64,000 nt of DNA, taken from NCBI GenBank assembly GCA_038087875.1, contig JAXLNO010002127.1:310001-374000 (forward strand), in the 5' to 3' direction. Positions 37,084 through 49,870 of the stretch are shown one piece after another. Source of the DNA: Malacoraja senta (lineage: Eukaryota). The notes beneath the pieces were generated by a model. That model did not search any database and was not told where the DNA came from. It saw nothing but the letters and a program-made list of their open reading frames with translations. The first letter of the stretch is position 1. Every line of letters starts with the position of its first letter. The translations under genes and the position numbers were made by a program.

Positions 37084-37730
37084 GTCGAAAGGAACTGCAG
37101 ATGCTGGTTTAAACCGAAGATAGACACAAAGGGCTGGAGTAATTCAGTAGGTCAGGCAGCATCTCTGGAGAAAAGGAACGGGTGTGTTTCGGATCAAGAC
37201 CCTTCTTCAAACTGCGAGTCAGGGGAAAGGGAAATGAGAGATATAGATGGTGATGTAGAGAGATATAGAACAAATGGATGAAAGGTATGCAAAAAAGTAA
37301 CGATGATAAAGGAATCAGACTATTGTTAGCTGTGGATAGACACAAAAAGTTGGAGTAACAGCGGGTCATGCAGCATTTCCAGAGAAAAGGAATGGGTGAC
37401 GTTTCAGGTCGAAACCCTTCTTAAGACTAAAGTTGAAAGTCTGAAGAAGGGTCTCGTCCTAAATCAACACCCATACCTTCTCTCCAGAGATGCTGCTGCC
37501 TGTCCCGTTGAGTGACTCCAGCATTCTGTGTCTATCTTCGGTTTAAACCAGCATCTGCAGTTCCTTCCTACACATTGTTAGCTGTGAGCTAGGTGAAAAT
37601 GAGTTACAGACAATGAGACTCAACAAGACGACTTTGAAGCTGGTACGACCTGGGTGGGGGAGGGGATGGAGAGAGAGGGAATGCAAGAGAGGGAATATTC
37701 ATACCGCTGGGTTGTAAGCTGCCCAAGCGT
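37084..37730 (-). mobile_element. Penelope-like 3' fragment containing a nested palindromic pLTR copy (about 37335-37573)
   Basis: pLTR plus endonuclease-end remnant. attgttagctgtg is duplicated at about 37322 and about 37574. Confidence 0.7.
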
Positions 37731-40410
37731 ACTCAGTACCTTAACTGTTGAAGGCCAACGTACCAAAGCCTCTCGACCACTGGTGTTGAACGTTACCACT
37801 GCCTGGTGTTTGATCCATTACATCACGTGTGTGTGAGAGAGAGAGAGAACTTGACTGAATGACCCTGGAGCAGTAATTCCATACCAACAAATATCGTCAG
37901 ATTACCGTTTAAAGAAAAAGAAACAATGCATGCAAATGATGTTGCAGTTTAATGAATCAGCCACTGGAGAAGTGAGTGTTGCCTCTCTTACTTTAAAAAT
38001 CCCCTGTTCCCTGTTTCAGGCCGATCTCCAAGGCCACAGTCACATGACATAAATAATGTAATCCCCGCGAGATTACATTGCTTATGTCTGAAAACAGTGG
38101 AAACAGCCCAAGAGTGGAGAATTTGTAAGGTAAGAGGAGGCAGAGACCAAGTTGGTAATTTTTTTAATATGTTTGTTTGGTGTACCTCGTTTGTTTTTTA
38201 TTGCAATCATAAAATATATAGCTTTAGACACCCTGTCGGTTCTTTTCACTTGTTACATAAGCTTACGCTGCACACTTCTATAATCATCTCATCCCGAGAT
38301 GAGTAGAGAGGGTAGACAGCCTGAACCTTTCTCCCAGGATGGAAAAAAAATCAAATACTAGAGGGCGTAGCTTTAAGGTGAGAGGGGCAAAGGGGAATCG
38401 AGAACCAGAGGACGCAGGCTTAAGGTGAGGTGGGAAAGATTTAATCGGAATCTTTGGGGTAACTTTTATCACACAAAGGATGGTGGGTGTATGGAACGAG
38501 CTACCAGAGGCAGCAGTTCAGGCAGGGACTATCGCTACTTTTGAGAAACATTTATGGTACATGGATAGGACAGGTTTAGAGGGCCAAACGTGGGCATGTG
38601 GGACTAGTGTAGATGGGATATGTTGGCCATTGTGGGCAGGTAGGGACGAAGGGCCTGTTTCCTTCATACAAAACTCTACGACTCTATGAGATGTGTGGGG
38701 CATGTTTTTTACCCAGATGGTGGTGGGTGCCTGGAGCATGCTGCCAGTGGTGGTGGTGGAAACAGATACGATAATGGCATTTAAGAGGCTTTTGGGTAGG
38801 CACATGGATATACAGGGAATTGATGGATATGGCAGACAAGAGTTAATCTTGGCTTCATGTTCGGCACGGACATGGTGGGCTGAAGGGCCTGTTCTTTTGC
38901 AGTACGGTTCTATGTTCTAAGTTCTATCTCCAATTATGTTGCAAAGATATCTTGTATGATCTGTAAATAGAAACACTTAAAATTCCTTGAATAGCTTTAA
39001 TCAAAGATCCAGCCAGGATATCCTGCATATCATGGGAGGGCTAGGGTGAATATACAGAGTGTTTTTACCCAGTGGGGGAATCAAGAACCAGAGGGACATA
39101 GGTTTAAATTGAGAGGGGAAAGATTTAATAGGAACCTGAGGGGCAACTTTTCACAGAGGGTGGTGGAACGAGCTGCCCTGAGGAGGCAATTGAGGCAGGT
39201 ATTTTAACATTTAAAAGACATTTGGACGGGTACATGGATAGGAAAGGTTTAGAGGGATTTGGGCCAAACGTAGGCAGGTGGGATTAGCATTGATGAAGCA
39301 TCTTGGTTGGTATGGGCAAGTTGAGCTGAAGGACCTGTTTCTGTGCTGTATGACTCTGCCCAACAATAATATTTATACACATAGAAATCATTTTAATTTG
39401 TATTTGTGACTGTGCAAACTGTGGGAGGAATTACATGTTAAAATGTATCCGTTAACTTTGAGACTGATTAATCCATGGGTGTTACAATAATTACAACCAT
39501 CATGATGACTTGTGTTGGCCACTCGATGGTTTCCCATGCTGTCAGTCTCTGAACACACGACTATTTATTTTAAGAAAGTAATTCCACGCAAAACATCTCA
39601 GAGTGCACAGGGCTTGGCTGTCTAAAGAGTGTGTATTCTGTTTTAATGGATGTTTTTCACTATGTCTCTGCAAACAGAACTCTGTTGACAGATGTAAATT
39701 CAATGGTTTTTGTAACTTTAGTTTCAATATTGAGATTAGTCCCCCAGATCTTGTTTAATCAAAGCAGGTTAGCAAACACGTTTTTAAATGTTTCATATTA
39801 TTATACTATTAAGATATACATTTGTATTTCAGTTTTACGGACTTAATTCTATTATAAATCCATGAATAATGAATTATGTTTTTCTATGAACTGCTCTTCA
39901 AGTGATGGCTTCCTCATTTTGGATTATACCATGAATTAGTTTAGTTTAGAGATGTAGCATGGAAATGGGCCCTTCGGCCCACAAAGTCCACGTCCGCCAT
40001 CAATCACCCGTTTACACTAGTTCCAGGTTATCTTGCTTTCTCATCCACTCCCTAAACACGAGGGGAAATTTACAGAGGGACAATTAACCTACAAACCAGC
40101 AGTTGTGAATCTGTGGAATTCTCTGCCACAGAAGGCAGTGGAGGCCAATTCACTGGATGTTTTCAAGAGAGAGTTAGATTTAGCTCTTAGGGCTAACGGA
40201 ATCAAGGGATATGGGGAGAAGGCAGGAACGGGGTACTGATTTTGGATGATCAGCCATGATCATATTGAATGGCGGTGCTGGCTCAATGGGCCGGATGGCC
40301 TACTCCTGTACCTATTTTCTATGTTTCTCCAGGGATGCTGCCTGACTGGCTGAGTTACTTCAGCATTTTGTGTCTTTTTTCAGGCTGTGTGTTGGTTTGT
40401 AAATGATTAG

Positions 40411-40689
<279 letters not shown>

Positions 40690-40908
40690 TAAAAAGCCCT
40701 GGCTAATCTGATGCCCACTATTTGAGTACATTTTTGAATCTCTCTGCAATCCAAATGAGATCACTTTTTTTTTGTTGGAGAATAGCTAGAAAATAAATTG
40801 ATTCTCAGCATAACAGTATAAGTTCAAGATACGAGGGTTAAATTAGGAAGTAATGAGCATAGGTTGCATTAAGTGTAGATTTGAAGCGGTTAATATTAAG
40901 ATCCTCTC

Positions 40909-41175
40909 TTTAGACTTTAGAGATAAAGAGTGAAAACAGGCCCTTCAATCCACACCAACCAGCGATCACCCCGTACACTAGCACCATCTTACACACTAGG
41001 GACAATTTACAATTTTACCGAAGCTAATTTACCTACAAACCTGGATGTCTTTGGAGTGTGGGAGGAAACGGGAGTACCTGGAGAAAACCCACGCAGTCAT
41101 GGGGAGAACGTGCAAATTCCGTACAGACAGCGCGCGTAGTCAGGATCGAACCCGGATCTCCGGCGCTGTGAGGCC
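40909..41175 (-). mobile_element. HE1-type V-SINE
   Basis: Reverse-complement match. Confidence 0.8.
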
Positions 41176-41225
41176 GCCCGCTTTCATGGGGGAATCAAAT
41201 TTAAGAGGACATGTTAACAATATTA

Positions 41226-41768
41226 GAACATAGAAACATAGAAACATAGAAAATAGGAGCAGGAGTAGGCCATTCGGCCCTTCGAGCCTGCACCGCCATT
41301 CAATATGATCATGGCTGATCATCCAACTCAGTATCCTGTACCTGCCTTCTCTCCATACCCCCTGATCCCTTTAGCCACAAGGGCCACATCTAACTCCCTC
41401 TTAAATATAGCCAATGAACTGGCCTCAACTACCTTCTGTGGCAGAGAGTTCCAGAGATTCACCACTCTCTGTGTGAAAAATGTTTTTCTCATCTCGGTCC
41501 TAAAGGATTTCCCCTTAATCCTTAAACTGTGACCCCTTGTCCTGGACTTCCCCAACATCGGGAACAATCTTCCTGCATCTAGCCTGTCCAACCCCTTAAG
41601 AATTTTGTAAGTTTCTATAAGATCCCCCCTCAATCTTCTAAATTCTAGCGAGTACAAGCCGAGTCTATCCAGTCTTTCTTCATATGAAAGTCCTGACATC
41701 CCAGGAATCAATCTGGTGAACCTTCTCTGTACTCCCTCTATGGCAAGAATGTCTTTCCTCAGATTTGG
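41226..41768 (-). mobile_element. Young CR1 3' fragment
   Basis: Uninterrupted frame IPGMSGLSYEERLDRLGLYSLEFRRLRGDLIETYKILKG...WNSLPQKVVEA, with a (tttctatg)n tail. Confidence 0.92.
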
Positions 41769-42001
41769 AAGGATTTCCTCAGAACTGTATCATTAAGGAA
41801 GGTAATCGAGACACATTATTTTTACATCCTCCCCCGTGTGAATCTAGAGCCCTATTCCCCACCACCAGAAGGAATTAGATGCTGGAAGACAATTAGAATA
41901 TTCAAAGTGAGGATATGTAAATAAGATGCAGATTAGGCATGAATATGAGTAACATAAACCCAAATTATTGGTGCAATAATTGTACTTTATAACTTTATTA
42001 G

Positions 42002-42446
42002 AAATAGAAACATAGAAAATAGGTGCAGGAGGAGGCCATTCGGCCCTTCGAGCCAGCACCGCCATTCATTGTGATCATGGCTGATGAACTGGCCTCCTCC
42101 TGCACTGTGCCTGCCTTCTCCCCACATCCCTTGACTCCACTAGCCCCTAGAGCTCTATCTAACTCTCTCTTGAATCCATCCAGTGACTTGGCCTCCACTG
42201 CCCTCTGTGGCAGGGAATTACATAAATTCACAACTCTCTGGGTGAAAATGTTTTTTCTCACCTCAGTCTTAAATGACCTCCCCTTTATTCTAAGACTGTG
42301 GCCCCTGGTTCTGGACTCGCCCAACATTGGGAACATTTTTTCTGCATCTAGCTTGTCCAGTCCTTTTTATAATTTTATATGTTTCTATAAGATATCCCCT
42401 CATCCTTCTAAACTCCAGTGAATACAAGCCTAGTCTTTTCAATCTT
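42002..42446 (-). mobile_element. CR1 3' fragment
   Basis: MFPMLGESRTRGHSLRIKG...TQRVVNL and tail. Confidence 0.88.
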
Positions 42447-45400
42447 TTATAGTTAATAATGTGGTTAAATAAGGTGGTTAAAACTGCTCAATAGAAAGAG
42501 GACCTTCGTATGATTGTGTGTAAAATTATTTATTCCCTGGAGATCTTTAACACCCTTAAATGTCTACCGTAAAAGGGAGCAATGACCAATTTTATAATTG
42601 TTAAAATGTTTTTGTTTGGTGTTGCTCTTTTAATTTTATTGTAATCTTAAAAGATGCAGATTGAGTCACTCTATTCGATCATTTTTCTTGTATCTAGACT
42701 TGCTCTGCACACTTTTATAAATATCTCCAATGTAGATAATTATATTGTAAAGATATCTTGTACGACTTGTAAATGAAAACACTTAGAATATCCCGAAGAG
42801 CTTAATCAACGATCCAGCCAGGATATCCTTGATATTGTGTGGGGAATAGATAGGGTGAAGGCACAGAGTCTTTATACAGCGTAGGGGAATCAAGGGGACT
42901 ATTTTATGCAGCGTAGGGGAATGAGGACATGGGCTTAAGGTGAAAGGGGTGAGGAGTTTCCAATGTGAGCCATTTTGAATTCACCTTCTGGTTATCCAGC
43001 AAACATCCAATTCTCCCATCACCAACCCCCAGCAGTTAATCCAGATCCATCCTGAATCCTCTTCATTTAGCCAATGAACACAAAAAATAGCCTTCAGAAT
43101 TGACTTGAGGACCAAAGACTCCAAGGAGGAAAATAGGGGAGTGAGAAACAAAAGAGATGATGGGTGTTTCTGTAAAAATACAAACAAGGAAAAGGCTAGC
43201 CTCTACCCCACTGCGGACATTGGACTTTGTCCATGGAGCCTACGTGCTGCAATACTGAGAACTGTATCCTGCACTCTGTATCTTCCCCTTTGCTCTATCT
43301 ACTGTACTTCAGTTTGAACTGATTGTATCTATGTGTGGTATATCTGATATAGCACGCAAAACAAAGCTTTTCCCTGTACTTAAATACACGTGACAATAAT
43401 AAATCAGAACTTAAACCTTATATTAGAACTATGTCATCAATGAGTGAAATCTACCAGTATTTATGTTTACACATTGCGTCATGTGAATTTAGAAAGTAGA
43501 ATAGAAAGGTGAGAAACAAAAAATAAACAAAGAATTCTGTGGAATTCATTGCCACAGATGCCTGTGGAGGCCAAGTCATTGGGTATTTTTAAGGAGCAGA
43601 TTGACAGATACTTGATTAGTAAGGTTATGGGGAGAAGGCAGGAGAATAATGTAGAGGGGGAAAGATCGATCAGCCACGAGTGAATAGCAGAGTAGACCTA
43701 ATGGGCCGAATGGCCAAATTCTGTTCCTATAGCTTATGAACATGATGGGTGTTTCTATACTAAAAGGAAAAGGCTGGTCCTTAAGGCGATTCCCTTCCAG
43801 ACTGAGATGAAAGAAACTGGGATTATCAAAATAAATGGGAAGTTAAAAAAATAATCCATTTCTCAATGTGTTCAAAGAAATTAGCTTTGGTTTGAAAAAA
43901 CTAGTATTGGAGAAATTGATGGGACTGAAATGTCTTCAACCAGAGAGTAGTGCATCTTTGGGAGTCCGTTGTAGCTTAGTCTCTGACAGAGGTCAGAGGT
44001 CACTAGATTTTGACATATTAAGGAACTCATTAGATACGGCGATGTGCAGGATAGTGGCAGTGAGGTAAACAACCAACCAGGGTCTTTTTGAAAGGCGGAG
44101 CAAGAACAAGAGACCAGAAGGGTCAATTCCAAAATAAAACCTTACAGGAGTATATAAAATCATGAGGGGCATGGATAAAGTGAACAGTCACTCCCTTTCC
44201 CTAAGGTCAGGAAGTCAAAAAGGCAAAATTTTAAGGTGATAGGGGAAAGATTCAAAGGGACCTAAGAGGCAACTTTTCACATGGTGGGTGTATGGAACGA
44301 GCTGCCAGAGGAGGTAGTTGAGGCAGGTACTATAACAGCATTTAAAAGACACTTTGATAGGTACACAGATAGGAAAAGTTTGATGAGCCAGGTGAAGGTA
44401 TGTTGTCTGTTTGACAACGTGGATACCAGTTTGTGTGCTGCATCTCTCTATGAACAAAATCAGTTAAAATACTTTCCTGGAAGCAACGAGTTTTCACAAG
44501 AATCTGAAAATTCTGCCCAACATTACTGAGACTGCTTTTTAGAATTCCGGAATAGTTGACTAACAGAATTGAAATTCCACATCTGCAGCAATGGGATTGG
44601 AAATCAAGTCTTCGGCCAAGACATTAAGTCTTGCTCTTTGCCAACCCAGTACTTCCCCTCACAGTGCATGTGCAGGCTTTCCAACACAACTTCCACATGC
44701 AGTGGTCAATACACTTACCAACAAAGGCACGCGGTGGGGTGGTCAGCATTGCACCTGCAAAGGGAATGAGAGAGTATCATGGTTATACTAAAGGGAAACA
44801 TGCCCTTCGGCCCAACATCCATGCCAGCCAAGATCTGAGCTGGTCCCATTTGCTTGCGTTTGGCCCATATCTCTCTAAATCTTTGCTCTCCATGTACCTG
44901 TCCAAGTGTCTTTTAAATGTTATTGTTACTGCTTCAACTACCTCCTCTGGCAGCTCATCCTTATACCCACCACCCTCTGTGTGGAACAAGTTGCCCCTCA
45001 GGTTCCTATTAAATCTTGCCCCTCTCACCTTAAACAAATGTTGACTTGCTTTTGATTTCCCTCCACTGGGTAAAAGACTGAGCTCCGTAGCAGGACTGAG
45101 GTGAAGGGGTGCATTTGTGCCATAACATTGAGTCTGCACACCTCCTCTCTCCACTGCCCACCTCCAGCATCTTGGAAGTCAGTTCAATAAACTTTTGCAC
45201 TCAATGTTATGCTTTAGATATGAGTCACCCGTGAACCGAGGGTTAAATGCACGCACCTCATTGATACGCACTCCTTCTGTCAGCAAGAGACACATCGCTC
45301 TCCTTCCATTTGTCTATTTCAGTCTTGAGAGCCATAGTCACACAGCACGGAAACAGACCCTTCGGCCCAGCTTGCCCACGACGACCAACATGCCCCGTCT

Positions 45401-47235
45401 ACACTAGTCCCACCTGCCCACGTTTGGCCCACGTCCCTCTAAACCTTTCCTCTCCTTTGTCTTTGTGCAGTGGGTAGAATGCATTGAATGAGGAGAATGC
45501 TTTGCTCAACAGAGGCACCTGGTGTCCGTACAAAGCCGAACACTTAAAGGCAGACAATGGTAGATGAAAAATAACATCATCAATTTATGCAGCTTATTTT
45601 TTGGACGCATAAAAATCTTTCCGTTGCATGATCCAGGGAGAGTTAATGAGTTTCATAAATTAAATATTTGGAACCATTTCCATTTTTCTGACAGGTTTCA
45701 TTTTTTAAGAGTTAAAGTCTTTGAAAATGCATGGCATGATTTGATAAATGAAATCAAAAGATAGATCATTTCTTTTTAATTTGGTGTGTGTGAAATGGTC
45801 AGTTAGGTACAGTTGGTAGATCTGACCTCTGATGGGTTTGTAACCCTTCGTGGTCTTGAGATTTAACCCCTCGTGTACACGCTACCCTTGAGCCAGGCCA
45901 GTATTGTCTGACAGGATGCTTCGGATCTCAGCAGCCCTTCAAATAGACATGAAAGTTGACGTAGTTTGTGTCAGAGTCAAAAGTGTCATAGGCTCATACA
46001 GTACAGAAAGAGACCCTTCAGCCTAACTCATCCATGATGCCTCCCATCTAAGCTAGTCCCATTTTCCTGCGTTTATCCCATATATCCCTAATTCATTTCT
46101 ATCTATGTACCTATCCAAATATATTTTATATCTTCCTCTGGCAGCTCGTCCCATATCCACCATTCTGTGTGAAAAAGTTGCCCTTCAAGTTCCTATTAAA
46201 TCTACCCCCTCTCACCTTGAACCTATGGTTTGTCTTTGACATTTGGGCCTGGGAGAAAGGCTCCATCAGTCTACCTCTCACAATTATATTTGCTTCTATC
46301 AGGATCCCTTCAACCTAAAGCATTCCAGAGAAAGCAATTCAAGTTTGTCCAATCTCTCCTTGTAGCCAATACCCACAAACCCAGGCAGCATACTGGGTGC
46401 TGCAGTGGCGTAGCTGGTAGAGCTGCTGCCTCACAGCACCAGAGACCACTAGATGCACAGAGTCACTCGCCCACAGTACGCGAATCGAGGACCAGAAGGC
46501 ATAGATTTAAGGTGAAGGGGAAAAGATTTAATAGGAATCTGAGGGGTAACCTTTCACACAAAGGGTGGTGGGTGTATGGAACAAGCTGCCAGAGGAGGTA
46601 GTTGAGGCAGGGACTATACCAACATTTAAGAAACAGTTAGACAGGTACATGGATAGGACAGGTTTGGAAGGACCAAGCGCAGGCGTGTTGAAAAATTCTC
46701 TTTCAACAATCTTCTGCACTTGGATCATAGGTTCTGTTCCAAACGTAAATGCATTATGTTTGAGATTTGTATTTCATTTTTTAATGAATCCTTTATTCAA
46801 TAATAAATGCACATCTTCTTCTCTTTCACTAATAAGTATAACCTCTGTGTTCATGCATTAGGCTGGCAAGGAACTTTTAATCTAAATGATCTTGAAGTCC
46901 CTTGCAATGTGCTGTATGAACATTCTCCCCACTACCATTAATAGAACATTTAGGTGTCTAATGCATCAATAAAAAATCTCTAATCAATAAAGTCTTTTTT
47001 CTAAAAATAGAACCGGCGGTCTAACGAAGTAATTATTCCTGACTGGGGCATATTGTTTAAACTGCAAACGTGTTCCTATCTCAATTGAACCCTGAAGCGG
47101 CAGCAAAAAATATACTCTGACTTAATCAACCAAAATTAGCCGATAATCAATACTGAACATAAGAAAACTTTATTGAATGCCCAAAATGATATCTTTCAGT
47201 ATCTTTTAACTGTTGTTTTAGTACCTGCCTCAACT

Positions 47236-47540
47236 GGGGCGGCACAGTGGTAGAGTTGTTGCCTCACAGCGCCAGAGACCCAGGTTCGATCCTGACTACG
47301 GGTGCTGTCTATACGGAATTTGAGCGTTCTCCCTGTGATTGCGTGGGTTTTCCCTGGGTGCTCCGATTTCCTCCCACATTCCAAAGACGTGCAGGTTTGT
47401 GAGTTAATTGGCTTCTGTAAATTGCCCCTCGTGTGTAAGATGTGAAACTGGGTTAACATAGAACTAGTGAACAGGTGATCATTAGTCAGTACAGACTCAG
47501 TGGGCCGATGGGCCTGTTTCCACTCTGTATCTCTAAACTA
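47236..47540 (+). mobile_element. HE1-type V-SINE inserted in an older CR1 fragment
   Basis: Head ggggcggcacagtggtagag, B box ggttcgatcc, V-domain and tail. Confidence 0.85.
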
Positions 47541-48310
47541 ACCTACCTACTCTGGCGACTCGTTTCATGTATCCACCAACTCCTGAGTGATAACGTTGCC
47601 CCTCAGGTTCCTATTAAATCTTTCCACTCTCACTTTAAACCTATGTCTCTGGTTCCCCAACCCTCAGTAAAATACTCTGTGCATTTACCTTATCAATTCC
47701 AACTGGTGGAATTTTGCTCTTAATTCAGTACATGCCGACTTTCTTACAGAGCCACATTGAACACCTTAAGAAATGTAACCAAGAGTTTGGTAATGTCAGG
47801 AATTTCTCTTTACTCAAAAGCCAATGGAAATCAATGGATCACTGCTCCCAACAAGATTTTTCAGCCTTAGCCAGTAGAACATTTTGGCTAAGTTTGGTGA
47901 CCTCTTTGTAGTGTAAGGACATTAAGGATCAGGTAGTCAAGGAGGATAAGGATCATGCACTATATCATGCACTTTATCTTGCACTAAACGTTATTCCCTT
48001 TATCCTGTATCCAGACACGGTGGACGGATCGATTGTAATCATGTATAATCTTTCCGCTGACTGGATAACACGCATCAAAAGCTTTTCATTGTACCTTGGT
48101 ACACGTGACAATAAACTAAACTGAACTAAAGCTAAAACTAAATGAACATAGAGCACACAGTTGCTACTTACTGTAAATACCTACATTCGTATGAGTGTAA
48201 CAATGGGGTTGCACAGTAACAGCGGCCTTATCGATCTTGTCCATTGAGTCAAGTCTTCTGAAAAATGGAAGAATTTTGCATTGCTCACTTTAATCTATTT
48301 ACTTATTCAG

Positions 48311-48526
48311 GCAAAAGAAGGAGACCTGGTGATAATCAACCAGGTTCTCGAAGATCCCTACATGACATCCAAACAATTTCGAGAGTGGAAGTGGCTGAAT
48401 CACGAGTTTTTCCTGGACATTTGTGGATACAGTCCTGTGATGAAGCCACAGAATGGTGCATCTGAACTAGTCTCGCCAGCACCTCTCTTGACTCATACGC
48501 ACTCGTTCATCGAAACCCATGTGTGA
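48311..48526 (+). CDS. CNKSR2: CNKSR2-like terminal coding exon AKEGDLVIINQVLEDP...LLTHTHSFIETHV* (class I PDZ-binding motif)
   Basis: cttattcag|GCA...GTGTGA. The C-terminus HTHSFIETHV matches the CNKSR2/MAGUIN-1 end (HTHSYIETHV). Confidence 0.93.
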   Translation, partial: AKEGDLVIINQVLEDPYMTSKQFREWKWLNHEFFLDICGYSPVMKPQNGASELVSPAPLLTHTHSFIETHV

Positions 48527-49870
48527 ATCAATTTTTAACGGGAGCACACAGCCCAGCAGACAGCAGCATCTCACCGTGCTAACAAATGTTTAGCATCCGC
48601 GTTTGTATATTTGTACATAATGTATTCAGCAGTATTCTTGTACATAGATCAGATAACACCAATAGTGTCACAGGATGCCTAATATGTGCATGAGATAACG
48701 TCTGTATTCTGTTTCTTCCAAAATTTTATTTGTTTCTGTTCGTCGACACAGTGTGCTTTCAAACTTGCATCTGAAAGGGTGAACAATAGAACTCATAAAA
48801 GTTATAAGTATACACATATGTTGTACTAAAATAAAACCAAGCTTTTAGTCAACAGCATCTACACGTTCCAAAGTTTTATACTGACAACACAACTCAACCC
48901 ATCTTAATAAATAACACTGGTGAAAAGTGGTTGATAACAATCTCTGTGAACCAGAGGGGAATGTCTTAATCTACTCACAGTTTTAGATGAACATTTGTTT
49001 TTATGTAAGCATTGAACATACAAATTGCTGAATGTATGTAAAGTATGTAAAGTTTTGCTAGTATAACACTGAATGAACAAGAGTAATTTTTGATGTCCCT
49101 TTGAAAACAACCAGCTTTTATTAAAACTATAGCTAAAAGCTGTATATGAAAATGACTAAAAATATCTAAGTATTAAGATTTATATATGACTCCCTGCTCA
49201 CAATTTTTTATACAGTTGCTTGTCAAAAACAAATTGACTCAAAACTTATATGCTTGGGCCCAGAGTCTAATGGGTGAGCTGTGGATACATCCATGGTAGA
49301 ATCTAGCCTTCAGTTTTGTACCATTGTCAATGGTGAACTGGCAGGGAGGGGTTGGCTCTGGGTCTTAGGGTAAATATTCTAATTATATGCAGGTAGACAG
49401 AAGACTTGTTAGATCACACCGTACCTTTAAAAAAAGACACAAATAGTAAGACTTATCTGAACACATTATTGTGTTGTCATTTATTGTCTTTATTGCTTGC
49501 ACTTTACTTGCGCCATTAACTGTAGGCTGAGGAGAAGGAGTGTACTGAAACTGTGATAATCATCATTTGGATCACTTAATGTCGACAGAATTCCTTATAA
49601 GTGGTCGAAGACCTCATTGAGTCTTTTTTTTTAATCCATGCCAATTTGAGAATGTAATTCAGTCTGTTTTTAATTTGAAGTCAATGGAAAACACATCAGT
49701 TTCTGACGGGCATTGAAGTCACCTGTTTATGTCGTGATGACAAGTAGGTTATTTGGCAACTGTAGCTTTTCACTGTACGTTTCCACTGTGTCTATACCTC
49801 ATAATACGTTACACCATGTATGAGTTGTAAGTTGCACTGCAACAATAAAATCAAACATTTTACTTTTGCA
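48527..49870 (+). other. Probable 3' UTR of the CNKSR2-like gene
   Basis: AT-rich and free of recognisable repeats for about 1.5 kb after the stop. AATAAA at 48830, 48906 and 49844; the last is followed by T/GT-rich sequence. Confidence 0.6.
49844..49849 (+). terminator. Candidate polyadenylation signal AATAAA
   Basis: Canonical hexamer near the end of the repeat-free stretch, with downstream T/GT-rich tracts. 48830 and 48906 are alternatives. Confidence 0.45.
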
